This document shows, piece by piece, positions 1-12,573 of a DNA stretch of 64,000 bases. Source of the stretch: Anthoceros angustus. Its lineage: Eukaryota > Plantae > Anthocerotophyta. Position 1 is the stretch's first letter; every line of letters begins with the position of its first letter. The notes under the pieces were generated by a model that worked only from the letters and a program-made list of their open reading frames with translations, did not search any database and had not been told where the DNA came from. The stretch lies in contig MU008180.1 in assembly GCA_010909165.1 (NCBI GenBank), forward strand, positions 309,884 to 373,883. Reading direction: 5' to 3'. Both the position numbers and the translations under genes were made by a program.

Positions 1-410
1 AGCTCAAGACAACGAGTTATAACCCATCTCATGGGTGCTGCTCCAATGAGATCTGCTGAAAGCCTTCCGGTTGGTGTCTTGCATCGGCTCAACAAGATAT
101 GAAGAGTTGAAGAGGAGGGTATTGTGTAATGCTCCATGGGATGAGAATAAGCCAAGTCCTCGGGTGCAATCCTCCCATGCTTTGGGTGCGATTGCGTGGA
201 TGGACTCTACATTTATCCACTTGGCGAGCGTTTGCCAAACGTGGAGGTGTATAACTTGCGGACACATTCACTAAGCTAGAGGTCCGGACACAATACAAAG
301 GGGAAATGGAGCACAAAGGATTGCGCTTTATTTCATATGCCTACTTCCTGCGGCTTTGGGAACAGAACTTCAAACGGGTGAAGATACCCAAGTCCAATAG
401 GTTTTCGACT
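1..410 (+). mobile_element. Degraded DUF7869/Sola-like transposase fragment
   Basis: Stitched across frameshifts it reads LKAFRLVSCIGSTRYEELKRRV...GAIAWMDSTF..GERLPN...ISYAYFLRLWEQNFKRVKIPKSNRFS. This matches the AWM..F...G..P and S...F..LW...F..VKIPK..RFS pattern I recall for this transposase group. It breaks off at the hairpin at 408. Confidence 0.5.
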
Positions 411-446
411 AGGCGCATTCGACTATTATAGTCGAATGCGCCTAGT
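408..446. repeat. Perfect 18-bp inverted repeat with 3-nt loop
   Basis: actaggcgcattcgacta-tta-tagtcgaatgcgcctagt, read directly. Confidence 0.95.
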
Positions 447-744
447 GCTACCCCCTTGTTTTTTGTGGCACCTAATGCAATGCGGGCTGCAGATGGTGCC
501 CTTCAAGATCGTGTTGAGGAAGGTGATCATCTTCCTCATGATGCAGTGGATGAGGATTATGAACCGTGTATTCCAGAAGAATGTCATGTCATTGACAAGA
601 AGCGTCCAAGGGGTCCTAAGCGGAAAAGGAAGCCTGATTTGGAACACGCGGTGCTTCCCGAACACCTCCATCCAGGAGGTGAGTTTTGCTTTAGTTTGCT
701 TTAGTTTGCTTTCTGTTTTCAGGTGGACTTACCTCGATTGTGTC

Positions 745-905
745 ATTCAGGCCTGAAATTTTCTGGCTTTTCAAGCCTGGATTTTTAGGATTGGATGTTT
801 TCAGGCCATTGAAGCCTGGATTTTGCAACCCTTTCAGCCTTGTATTTTCCAGGCCATTCAGGCCTAGATTATTCATGAGTTTCAGGCAATTCAGGACTGA
901 ACATT
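745..905 (+). repeat. Degenerate short-period repeat (TTCAGGCC/AAGCCTGG motifs)
   Basis: Recurrent ttcaggcc, ttcaggca, ttcaggac and aagcctgg motifs every ~15-30 bp. Confidence 0.6.
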
Positions 906-1039
906 CCTTTAACTATGCCGGTGCTAATGTGGAGGATTCATCTACCAGGACTCCCCCAGCTTTTTGCCAATGAAGAATAGGGTGCATTTCACCATCCGGT
1001 GGCTCTGCAATCCTCTCATTAGTGTTTTTGGGGATCAAA

Positions 1040-3554
1040 CTGAAGCCACTAAGGTTCATGTTGAACAATGCATCAGGCAAACTATTTTTGGACCTTGGTC
1101 ATTTGAAGCCATTGTGTTACAATTTTTTGGCACTTATCTCAAGCATTGGCGGAACAATGAGAGGAAGGAGGCCCGAAAGTTTTTGGAAGGGAAGAAGAGA
1201 AACCCTGGCTATGTTCCAAAGAGTATAAAGCCGGAGTACTAGGAGGTGTTTTTGAGGGAGGAGAAGGAGAAGATGGATGGCATTGTAGCCCCTAGCCAGC
1301 AAAAGGAGTTGTCATGAAGAGGGTGAAGCATACAGGTAGCAATACCTATGCATGCTTTGGCCATGGGAGCAGCGTGGTTTTCTGGATAGGTTCAAAGGAA
1401 TGTTTGGGAGGGAGCCAACTATGGATGAGATCAGTGTTGGCACCATTAACGGAAATTGGTGGAGAAGTCATGAGCATTTTGGATGAATTCCAAAATAACA
1501 AGTCGTCAAGCCAATCCGCTTTTCAACGAAAGCTAAAGAACCCTATCAGTGCTTGTCCTCGAGCCTTGGTAATCCTAGAATTTTACCTATATTATCTGAC
1601 CATGGTAAAAATGGTATATTTCATGGAAACCCCAAAACCCAAGGAAGGTAATCCGGCTTACAAGGCACTGAAGGAAACAATTTTTAATGGAGCCATTGTC
1701 TGTGTCTGTGTGAAGCCTTGACGAGTCCTTTTAGAAGCACGCGCCTATGCAAAGTCCACGGCGATGCTGCTTATCGCAAAGATTGAAACGCATTGATCAA
1801 GACATGTGGCGATGAGCCATTGGCTGTCAAGCCATAAGAAGGGGCCACCGCCTCCCTTCACATCGTTGGGTGTAGGTTAAGCTGAAGCCACTAAGGTTCA
1901 TGTTGAACAATGCATCGAGCAAACTATTTTTGGACCTTGGTCATTTGAAGCCATTGTGTTACAATTTTTGGCACTTATCTCAAGCATTGGCGGAACAATG
2001 AGAGGAAGGAGGCCGAAAGTTTTTGGAAGGAAGAAGAGAAACCGGCTATGTTCCAAAGAGTATAAAGCCGGAGTACTAGGAGGTGTTTTGAGGGAGGAGA
2101 AGGAGAAGATGGATGGCATTGTAGCCCCTAGCCAAAGAAAAAGGAGTTGTCATGAAGAGGGTGAAGCATACAGTAGCAATACCTATGCATGCTTTGGCCA
2201 TGGAGCAGCGTGGTTTTGGATAGGTTCAAAGGAATGTTTGGGAGGAGCCAACTATGGATGAGATCAGTGTTGGCACCATTAACGGAAATTGGTGGAGAAG
2301 CTGAGCATTTTGGATGAATTCCAAAATAACAAGTCGTCAAGCCAATCCGCTTTTCAACGAAAGCTAAAGAACCCTATCGATTGCTTGTCCTCGAGCCTTG
2401 GTAATCCTAGAATTTTACCTATATTATCGACCATGGTAAAATGGTATATTTCATGGAAACCCCAAAACCCCAAGGAAGGTAATCCATACAAGGCAATCAA
2501 GGAAACAATTTTAATGGAGCCATTATGCGTCTGTGAAGCCTTGACGAGTCCTTTTAGAAGCACGCGCCTATGCAAAGTCCACGGCGATGCTGCTTATCGC
2601 AAAGATTGAAACGCATTGATCAAGACATGTGGCGATGAGCCATTGGCTGTCAAGCCATAAGAAGGGGCCACCGCCTCCCTTCACATCGTTGGGTGTAGGT
2701 TAAGCTGAAGCCACTAAGGTTCATGTTGAACAATGCATCGAGCAAACTATTTTTGGACCTTGGTCATTTGAAGCCATTGTGTTACAATTTTTGGCACTTA
2801 TCTCAAGCATTGGCGGAACAATGAGAGGAAGGAGGCCGAAAGTTTTTGGAAGGAAGAAGAGAAACCGGCTATGTTCCAAAGAGTATAAAGCCGGAGTACT
2901 AGGAGGTGTTTTTGAGGGAGGAGAAGGAGAAGATGGATGGCATTGTAGCCCCTAGCCAGCAAAAGGAGTTGTCATGAAGAGGGTGAAGCATACAGGTAGC
3001 AATACCTATGCATGCTTTGGCCATGGGAGCAGCGTGGTTTTCTGGATAGGTTCAAAGGAATGTTTGGGAGGGAGCCAACTATGGATGAGATCAGAGCTGT
3101 TGGCACCATTAACGGAAATTGGCTGGAGAAGCTGCGAGCATTTTGGATGAATTCCAAAATAACAAGTCGTCAGCAGTCCCAGCGTCACCGTTTTCAACGC
3201 CGAAAGCTAAAGAACCCTATCAGTGCTTGTCCTCGAGCCTTGGTAATCCTAGAATTTTACCTATATTATCTGACCATGGTAAAAATGGTATATTTCATGG
3301 AAACCCCAAAACCCAAGGAAGGTAAACACAAAACAAGGAAACAATTTTAATGGAGCCATTATGCGTATGCATGAAGCCTTGACGAGTCCTTTTAGAAGCA
3401 CGCGCCTATGCAAAGTCCACGTGCCGGCATGCCGATGCCTCGCCATGAGCCATGGCATATGCTTGTGCCTCGCCATGAGCCATGAGCCATTGGCCTGTCC
3501 AAGCCATAAGAAGGGGCCACTGCCTCCCCTTCACATCGTTGGGTGTAGGTTAAG
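1040..3554 (+). repeat. Three tandem copies of an ~840-bp segment carrying a degraded CACTA TnpA/Ptta-like ORF
   Basis: Units start with ctgaagccactaagg at 1040, 1882 and 2705 (842, 823 and ~850 bp). Peptide pieces LKHWRNNERKEARKF and FKGMFGREPTMDEI resemble En/Spm Ptta-type proteins. A CACTA end lies downstream. Confidence 0.7.
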
Positions 3555-3912
3555 CTGAAGCGGAAGATTACAGTTGGCATTTGCGATTCTGAAGATTGGA
3601 GCACCGAATTACTGTGAGCATATCCAAATTTCCCTGTCCACGCCAATTTTTCCTTGTTGTTTGTTGTTGGCATGGACGCACCCTCTTGCATATCATGTGC
3701 ACCAGGGGGCGCTTTGAGACGCGCGCTGAAGGGCGACCATATGCGAGGGCGAGGACTTGCGCATGCCACGGCCATGAGCCACGGCATATGCTTGTGCCTC
3801 GGCCATGAGCCATGGCATATGCTTATGCCTTGGCCATTAGCCGTGGCACATGCTGATGCCTCGGCCATGTCCTTGCCCATGGCCGTGGCACATGCTGATG
3901 CCTCGGCCATGT
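3437..3912 (+). repeat. ~31-bp minisatellite (cctcggccatgagccatggcatatgcttgtg) in two clusters
   Basis: About 2 copies at 3437-3490 and about 5 diverging copies at 3765-3912. Confidence 0.8.
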
Positions 3913-4429
3913 CCTCACCCATGTCTGCTGCCCAATCGCGACTCCCCAAAAACCTAATCGCCATTAGTCCTGACACTTGTGAATGGTTTTCCAGGGAAGA
4001 CAAGCATCGATGGCCGCAGCGCTTGAAGCAGGATCTCCCGGAGATGGGTGGCCGGAATACGCTGCTCAGTGCGAGGCCACCATTCGAGCCACCTTTGATC
4101 ACGCATGGGCGGTTCGGGGTCAACTGCCCCCACGCGACACCATCGTGACCGCAGAGGAGGCACATAGAATTGTTTAGGGTGTCCCCGATGCGGAGTTTCC
4201 AAAGTTTCGCATGCGGTAAACGGTAGTGGGCTGTTGTCGTTCGGAGATAGATTCAATGCTCGAATTGATGCTTGTGACGTGGACACCCGGGATACTCACA
4301 TGAGTGGACGAGCAGCGACATACTATGAGGCTTCTATAGGATGCCATAAAGGCGCGTTTTGGCCCAAACCCCCATTAGTGTGAACATGTTTAGGGTATGC
4401 AATTTAGGGTTTGTGGCAACCCCTAAAAA

Positions 4430-4950
4430 TTCGCAAAAAGGGCCATGCTGTAATGCTTTTGATAACTTAGTAATAGACAGCCCGTGGTAAGTATCATATA
4501 CGCCCATAGTGATCCCATACGTAAAATGTGTAATTTAAAAGGTACATCCGTTATAAATCCAAGCATGTAGTAAAAGAACAGCGATGGATAGTAAATAAGA
4601 GCCTTAGTAAAAGGTAAACGCTCATTGTAAAACACATTTGTAGTAAAAAAACTTACCCATCAGTAAATCTTTATGTAGTAATTTCTATACTTGCGTAGTA
4701 AAGTCCTCCATCTTGCTGTGAACCTCAATTTCCTTCGTAATAAACGACTTTCGCCAATGCCACATCATCGTATTGAGTCGCGGCGAAACCCCACAGTAGT
4801 AAAATACCGCAACCCCTGTTGTAAAGTCTAGTTGTATACTCCTAGAAAATAATTCGGCCAATAAAGCCCCGTAGTAAAACAAAAATATGTTCCACTCTCT
4901 CATCTCTCTATAAAACAGAGGTTAGTAAAGGGCATGGTTTCCTCGTAGTG
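4430..4950. mobile_element. CACTA (En/Spm) transposon right end with subterminal repeats
   Basis: Ends ...catggtttcctcgtagtg at 4950 (reverse complement CACTACGAGGAAAC, a canonical CACTA TIR form). About 15 copies of a (G/T)TAGTAAA-like motif occur in the preceding 500 bp. No left TIR was found in the window. Confidence 0.8.
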
Positions 4951-6043
4951 TAGAGACCCAATTGCTGCACTCTACTGCCCTAGCCTCAAGCCATGACGGG
5001 ATGAGGTGCTCAAGGGCGTAGTGTTGTGATGTCTACAAAGACATCAGTGCCTCAAGCTTGAATTGCAGCATCTATATGCAGAATTTTGCCTAATTCATGT
5101 AGGGTGCCACTCCAGAAGGAGTGCATTTATGATGGACCTACGCTCTGAGCAATGTGGGCCCATAAGTGTGTAGCCTTACCATAGAATATGAATTTCCTTG
5201 TGACACGCTAGAATATAGAAGAGTGTAAAGCCGCCGTTTCCTTTATGACGTCTAGAAAGTTGAGTGGGCTAGAACTATAAAGCCAGGCTCGGAAATTGTA
5301 AGGTTGGGACTTCTCAAAGACAGTGCAGCCTCTAACAATTTTCTATTGTGTGCTGAGTGTTGATGTGGACTCGCTAACAAGCAGACTTGGAAGTCTACCT
5401 TTTCCCATGTTTCTGTGTGTTGATTCACGATCCCAAGAATGCCTACTTTGGATAACTACCTTGTCAGACCATGGCACAAAGTTCCGGTCATTCACTTTTC
5501 ATGTGCTAACCTCGGTTGCAAACATAGATACTAACGCTTGTCCATGCCATCTATGCCCATGTTGAGATGCTAATGCAAAACCATGGTACTGTGAACTAGT
5601 ATTGCCAACCAAGGTTGCTACTTACCTAGTCGAAAGTCTGTCATTTCCCCGGGCAATTATAGGCAGCCAGGTTCTCCTTGCACATCGTTTCTATGTGTGC
5701 GGCGTAGCTTGTGCTCTTGTGAAGTACCTCTCGTACCATTAAACCAATCCCTCATCCAAGAGAGGCTAGAAAACCTAATCCTAATTAAATTAATTAAATA
5801 TGAACTCTAGATATTATAATGATAACTTGCCATTTGTTTTTTTAACGGGCGAACACCGCAAGTATGAAATAAGACCTTAACCTCAGCACCCAGCACAAGA
5901 CTTAATAGCCTTCTCAACCAGAGTTTTGCTGATCCAGTCCACCACCGAGGACCATAGATGTTCTGGCAACAAATATGTAATATCATTCGACATATTCATG
6001 TCCAATGAACACAAATTTCTTGTAGGGGCGCAAGGACCGATCC

Positions 6044-7495
6044 TCAAAGCTTTTGGATTAAGTGCTTGAGGAGTGAGAAAGCGCAAACGGATACTTCAAA
6101 AATCCTTGGGTGATGGCTTACGAAAAGGCTCACCCCATAATCCGGCTTGAGTTGCCACGTGCCATAGTTCTTTCCGTCTGGGTTGTATTTGCACGTACTT
6201 TGCAAAATTTTCTTCACGAGATCCTGTCATGAATGAGACAAACTTCATACATGTGAGAACGCTAGGATGCCAATCATATTGCAGCAGCTCTAGACTGAAT
6301 ATGGATTCATATGCATGACACTATACGCACCACAGGCTGATCAACCTCCGTGACAAGGTCCTTCAATTTCCAATAGGAATTGCGTTCAAACAGGTTGAAA
6401 ACTTCCTCTTCTACCTCCATGGAATCTCTGCGCATCCTCCTCCTTGGTTTTGGAAGCTCTTGGCTCCTCTTCTTACCCTCACTAGATGAGCATATGCTCG
6501 TTAAGATGATTTGTTACGGACAGTCGCATGCATAGATAGTGGTACATAGAAGTACGGTATAAATTATTGGGAGTCGGGAAAGACAGGCAAGATACCGTAC
6601 CTGTCCATTAAGCTCATTTAAGTCATAACCTCGAGCTATCGGATCATTCCTCAGCACCTGTGAGACCAGAAAACAACTTTAACATGTATGGACTAGCAAT
6701 CAGGGCAAAGGTGAAGGAGGTCTCCAATTGCTACAAGCTATACACCTTTGAAGTTTTTCTGACGCTGGCGGCGTTCCTCTCCCTCTCCCGGCAAACTGCG
6801 CCATACACGTGCAAATCGCTCACGCCATCATAGCGCTGCATGTGGAATATGTCCTTCACTGTTCCCTCCGCTGCAAGCGTACCTGCATAGAGTATGCACG
6901 CGTCATGTTCAAGAAAGCTGACCTTTACCTCACCTCAATTGCAACACGGCCCGAAGTTGCATGCAACCACCACGCCATAACCAAGACGCCTGTACCAATC
7001 AACAATGTTAACCACAAATCGCCATACCCTATGCTAGCAATTACCGTCAGGTGCCACAGAGAATGACAACAGCGATGGCAGATACTCTCGGGATCGATTG
7101 ACCAGCGATCGTGGTTGGTGATCCATCCTTCCCGGGCACCGTTAAGGTGTGCTGCACAAGCATGGCAAGACAAAGAGTGAGCTCATCAATCCTCCTAGTA
7201 GTCTACTCATCACCTCTATCAACAACCCTAGTGAACCTAGGGCCCTAGAGAGAGCGATGTGGCGTTGCCATGGCATGACCTGTGGAGGAGCCGTAGGCTT
7301 GTGCAGATCAATCGCGACGGTCATGATACCCAGGGGCTCCTGCGATTCTACACGTAGCTGCTTCTCCCATCGCTTCACCAAGTCGGGTGAAATTTTTAGC
7401 AACATATGTTCTTCCCCGGACCTTGTAGTATCCAGCAGTGTTTCAGGCTGGCCAAGATAATCCAAATCGTCGTCGCTGCTGCTCACATAGGCCAT
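6044..7495 (-). CDS. RAP30: TFIIF beta subunit (RAP30)-like gene, divergent paralog A0, multi-exon, apparently in frame in the exons checked
   Basis: Exon peptides MAYVSSSDDDLDYLGQPETLLDTTRSGEEHMLLKISP..., GTLAAEGTVKDIFHMQ..YGAVCRERE, EEEVFNLFERNSYWKLKDLVTEVDQP and DLVKKILQSTCKYNPDGKNYGTWQLKPDY follow the plant RAP30 order (EGKV..KFDM; FKLFE.QPNW.LKQLV.ETDQP; FLKEIL.ELCVYNKRG.NQGTYELKPEY). Introns are GT-AG. The stop position is approximate. Confidence 0.8.
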
Positions 7496-7989
7496 GTTGT
7501 CTCACTATTGCTATTGAGGGGCTCACACGCACCGGTTTAGGTGACCAGGCAACAATTCAAGGGTTTGATCGCTTTCTCCCTCAAGCCAAGGATTTCAAGC
7601 ATATATAGACCGGCCGGGGGGGTATAGCCTCGGAATCAGAATCTCCATTGATATCGATATCGGACAAACTCATATATGGTTGCTCAGTTATCGAGATTAA
7701 TATCGTATTCAAAGCGAATGAACCCAAATAACAGCGTCTGTGTAAAAAGGGGTTTCTCCTGTCAAAAGGGGTTTTGGAAAAAATCCCAACCCTATTTCGC
7801 CGAAAACTGAAGTTGGTTTGGTTTTTGTAGGTATTCATCCATCGATTTCGGGCATTCTCGGCTCCGGCACCACTTCCTGTCGAGTCATTTACACCACGCT
7901 GGCGCTTGTACTCAGGTTCATGGCGATTTAGTCGGTATGATGATGGGCTAGTGACCTCATTGTTCTATAATTTCGTCATGTCCGTAGTT

Positions 7990-8780
7990 TCTGCATTTTA
8001 TGTGGTTTTGTATGCCGGAGTGTGGTCCGGAGTCGCTCTGCCTACTCCGGAGTGTAGAACGGAGTACTCCGACCTTATTTCTCCCTTTCCGCCTTATTTT
8101 CTACTCCACACCTACGAAAAAAAACAAAACCTAGCTCATTTCCTACCCAAGGGAAGGGTCCGTAGTCCACAGCTTCCTACCACAGAAGAAGGGGAGATTG
8201 TTTCTTCCCCAGGAACAGATCTACCTAAGGAGCGAACGAAGGTAGGAGGAGATGTCAGGGGCAGTTCCGATGAACGATCCGAGTTAGGAGGAGGTAAGCG
8301 ATGCGCCGAGGATGAAGCCGACAGTGGAGTTAGAAGAAGCAAATGAAGACGAACCTCTTAGCTGGTAGGACGATTCGTAGGATGACTGGTAGAAGCATTC
8401 TTTTTTGGACACCGACACTAATGTGGGACCCGTATTTAAGAGGGGGACCCTATTTTGAGGGAGGCCATGACTAAGATGGCTGGGAGAGGTGGTAGTTGTG
8501 AGCTGGACCTTACCCTGTGGGGTTAAAAGTCCGGACTGCCAGTCGTGAATTCCCTCGTGGAATTCGGAGGGTCATCCCGCATTTAAGATGCACATATTTT
8601 GAGAGACCGCTCCACCTATAAAAGGGGGGCCATGTAACCAATTCAATATCAATCCTTGTGGCTCCTCTCGTCGCGCGCCCCGGGTAGCGTGGCCGATCCC
8701 GTTCGCCCGGGCAGTGCGTCGGGAAGAGAGCAAGGTTGATCGTAGGGACTGAGCTAAAGGGGAGGCGCCCACGTCCCCCT
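7990..8780 (+). mobile_element. Possible LTR-retrotransposon remnant at the left edge of the array
   Basis: Purine tract agaagaaggggagat followed by TG at ~8199 (PPT/LTR-start-like), and a TATA-like ctataaaaggggg at ~8617. No partner LTR or TSD was found. Confidence 0.3.
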
Positions 8781-9206
8781 CTTAACTGGTTTCCTGTTTC
8801 CTTGTGCAGGTTTCACCTTAGGATCGCTGTGTGCTTGTTGCTTGTTGGCATATTGCAGGGCACTACCGTCAGAGACTCGTTTTAAGCAACCTATCAGGAG
8901 CTTCCTAACCCAAGAGCGCTCACGTTGTAGGTAATCTCAGGGCTGCCGGCCCAAGTGAAAATCCATCGATTTGGTCCTCTAAGCGTTGGTGCTGCAAGAG
9001 CGACTTGAGAGGTTGTTAAGAATAGATCTAGTGGATGGTTGTGGAAGAAGGTATGAGATTGAGTTATTGGGTTCTCCGTTGTAGTGTTTTTCCGTGGTCT
9101 TAGAAGTTAGGGGAACCCGAAGGCTCAAGTTGGGGCCGTGGGCGATAAACCCAAAACCCATATTCGGTGAGGCAATTTATGACAAAGAAGGAATTGTGAG
9201 AGAGCA

Positions 9207-9450
9207 AGAATCGACCCCTCGTGATAAGCATATCCACCAAGTCTCTTGGAATCGAACCCACGTATTCGACAGTGGGACAAGTATGGCCACGGGGGGCTAG
9301 CTCGGGTGATCGGGCGAACCTACCACAGTGAGAATCGACCCCTCGAGGATAAGCGCATCCAAACAAGTCTCTTGGGATCAAACCCACGTATTCGACCACC
9401 GTGGGATAAGTGTAGCCCGGGCTAGCTCGGGGTGGTGAATCCACCACAAC
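9207..9450 (+). repeat. Two diverged ~125-bp direct repeats; also at ~21920-22170, ~46700-46960 and ~57345-57595
   Basis: gaatcgacccctcg...gtctcttgg..cgaacccacgtattcgac...gggctagctcggg...ccaccacag occurs twice in every unit. Confidence 0.85.
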
Positions 9451-9859
9451 ACATCTCGCAGATCGCAAATCCAGCACATGCACGATGAACCGCGTACTTG
9501 AATCGATATCACCTTTTTTTTCTTGTGTTATTTCTCATAGATCAAATAGGACCTATTGATTTGTTTCTAGAGGATCACTTCGAGCTGCTTCACACGGTTT
9601 CTAGGTATGCCTCAAGTTACCGCCCTATCAAAAAGCCTCGAAACTCGCAGCGGAGGCGAACTTCCACGGTTGGCCCCTCCGTTGCATCTCGATTGAGGAG
9701 TCCCTCCAGCGCCTGACAAGACTTAATAGCCTTCTCAACCATAGTTTTGCTGATCTAGTCGGCCACAGAGGACCATAGATGTTATGGCAACAAATATGTG
9801 ATATCATTCGACATATTCATGTCCAAAGAACTCAAATTTTCTTGTGGGCGCAAGGACCG

Positions 9860-11183
9860 ATCCTCGAGCTTGTACTCCTGCTTGAGTTGCCACGTGCCAT
9901 AGTTCTTTCCGTCGAGTTGTATTCGCACGCACTTTGCAAAATTTTCTTCACGAGATCCTGCTGAATGAGACAAACTTCATACATGTGAGAACGCTAGGAT
10001 GCCAATCATATTGCAGCAGCTCTAGACTGAATATGGATTCATATGCATGACACTATACGCACTACAGTGATCAACCTCCAGCGACAAGGTCCTTCAATTT
10101 CCAATAAGGATTGCGTTCAAGCAGTTGAAAACTTCCTCTTCTACCTCCATGGAATCTCTGCGCATCCTCCTCCTTGGTTTTGGAAGCTCTTGGCTCCTCT
10201 TCTTACCCTCACTAGATGAGCATATGCTCGTTAAGATGATTTGTTACGGACAGTCGCATGCATAGATAGTGGTGCATAGAAGTGCGGTATAAATTATTGG
10301 GAGTCGGAAAGGCAGGCAAGACAGACACTGTCCATTAAGCTCATTTAAGTCATAACCTCGAGCTATCGGATCATTCCTCAGCACCTGTGAGACCAGAAAA
10401 CAACTTTAACATGTATGGACTAGCAATCAGGGCAAAGGTGAAGGAGGTCTCCAATTGCTACAAGCTATACACCTTTGAAGTTTTTCTGACGCTGGCGGCG
10501 TTCCTCTCCCTCTCCCGGCAAACTGCGCCATACACGTGCAAATCGCTCACGCCATCATAGCGCATGTGGAATATGTCCTTCATCGCTTCCCTCAGGCAAG
10601 CGTACGCATAGGGTATGCACGCGTCATGTTCAAGAAAGCGACCTTTACCTCACCTCAATTGCAACACGGCCCGAAGTTGCATGCACCACTCGCCAACCCG
10701 GCCGCTGTGCTACCAACCAACAACGTTAACCACAAATCGCCATACCCTATGCTAGCAATTACCGTCGGTGCCACGAAAATGACAACATCGATGGGAGATA
10801 CTCGGATCGATTGACCAGCGATACGTGGTTGGTGACCGCCCATCCTTCCGCACGCGTTAAGGTGTCTTGCACAAGCATGGCAAGACAAAGAGTGAGCTCA
10901 TCAATCCTCCACGGTAGTCTACTCATCGCCTCTATCAACAACCCTAGTGAACCTAGGGCCGGAGAGAGCGATGTGGCGTTGCCATGGTATGACACATGGA
11001 GGAGCCGTAGGCTTGTGCAGATCAATCGCGGTCATGATACCAGGCTCCTGCGATCCACGTGGCTTCTCCCATCGCCGCCAAGTCGGGTGAAATTTTGAGC
11101 AACATATGTTCTTCCCGGACCTTGTAGTATCCAGTGTTTCGGTGGCGGAAAATCGAATCATCGCTGCTGCTCACATAGGCCAT
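9860..11183 (-). pseudogene. RAP30: TFIIF beta paralog A, array copy 1a
   Basis: Colinear with A0. Carries the shared -1 frameshift in the winged-helix exon (VFNCLNA instead of VFNLFE) plus further indels. Confidence 0.75.
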
Positions 11184-11294
11184 GTTGTCACACTCGCTAT
11201 TGAGGGGCTCACAGCATGGCAACAAATATGTGATATCATTCGACATATTCATGTCCAAAGAACTCAAATTTTCTTGTGGGCGCAAGGACCGATC

Positions 11295-12573
11295 CTCGAG
11301 CTTGTACTCGCTTGAGTTGCCACGTGCCATAGTTCTTTCCGTCGAGTTGTATTCGCACGCACTTTGCAAAATTTTCTTCACGAGATCCCGCCATGAATGA
11401 GACAAACTTCATTCATGTGAGAACGCTAGGATGCCAATCATATTGCAGCAGCTCTAGACTGAATATGGATTCATATGCATGACACTATACGCACTACAGT
11501 GCTGATCAACCTCCGCGACAAGGTCCTTCAATTTCCAATAAGGATTGCGTTCAAACAGTTGAAAACTTCCTCTTCTACCTCCATCTCTGCGCATCCTCCT
11601 CCTTGGTTTTGGAAGCTCTTGGCTCCTCTTCTTACCCTCACCGATGAGCATATGCTCGTTAAGATGATTGGTTACGAATGCATAGATAGTGGTGCATAGA
11701 AGTGCGGTATAAATTATTGGGAGTCGGGAAAGAAAAAGACACGCACATCCATTAAGCTCATTTAAGTCATAACCTCGAGCTATCGGATCATTCCTCAAAG
11801 ACCGTGAGACCAGGAAACAACTTTAACATGTATGGACTAGCAATCGGGCAAAGGTGAAGGAGGTCTCCAATTGCTACAAGCTATACACCTTTGAAGTTTT
11901 TCTACCGCCCTCTCCTCTCCCGCAAACCGCCATACACGTGCAAATCGCTCACGCCATCATAGCGCGCATGTGGAATATGTCCTTCATCGCTCCCTCCACG
12001 CAAGCGTACGCATAGGGTATGCACGCGTCATGTTCAAGAAAGCGACCTTTACCTCACCTCAATTGCAACACGGCCCGAAAGTTGCATGCAACCACCACGC
12101 CAAATTTCAACCAAAGACGCTACCAACCAACAACGTTAACCACAAATCGCCATACCCTATGCTAGCAATTACCGTCGGTGCCAAAAGAAAATGACAACAT
12201 CGATGGGAGATACTCGGATCGATTGACCAACGATGATCCCATCCTTCCCACCGCTTAATGCATACAAGCATGGCAAGACAAAGAGTGAGCTCATCAATCC
12301 TCCCGGTAGTCTACTCATCGCCTATCAACAACCCTAGTGAACCTAGGGCCCGGAGAGAGCGATGTGGCGCCATGGTATGACTGTGGAGGAGCCTTTGTGC
12401 AGATCAATCGCGACGGTCATGATACCTGTGGGGCTCCTCGCGATCCGCACGTAGTCGCTTCTCCCATCGCCGCCAAGTCGGGTGAAATTTTGAGCAACAT
12501 ATGTTCTTCCCGGACCTTGTAGTATCCAGCATTTCACAGGAAAATCAATCATCGCGCTGCTCACATAGGCCAT
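11295..12573 (-). pseudogene. RAP30: TFIIF beta paralog A, local tandem duplicate 1b
   Basis: Positions 11215-12600 repeat 9785-11215. Same shared frameshift. Confidence 0.7.

Noticed and set aside
200-274. CQTWRCITCGHIH as a SWIM zinc finger
   Set aside because: The transposase-like similarity continues in other frames, so this looks like an off-frame by-product.
4171-4412. Scattered TTTAGGG motifs
   Set aside because: Only about three isolated copies; not a telomeric array.
5020-5340. Possible solo LTR (TG...CA with TATA-like motif)
   Set aside because: No TSD, PBS or partner LTR.
9207-9450. CRISPR-like or tRNA-like reading of the 125-bp repeats
   Set aside because: Two long units with no unique spacers, no cas genes and no cloverleaf; eukaryotic context.
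9512-9521. Poly-T run as the poly(A) tail of a TFIIF retrocopy
   Set aside because: The A copies retain their introns, so they are not retrogenes.
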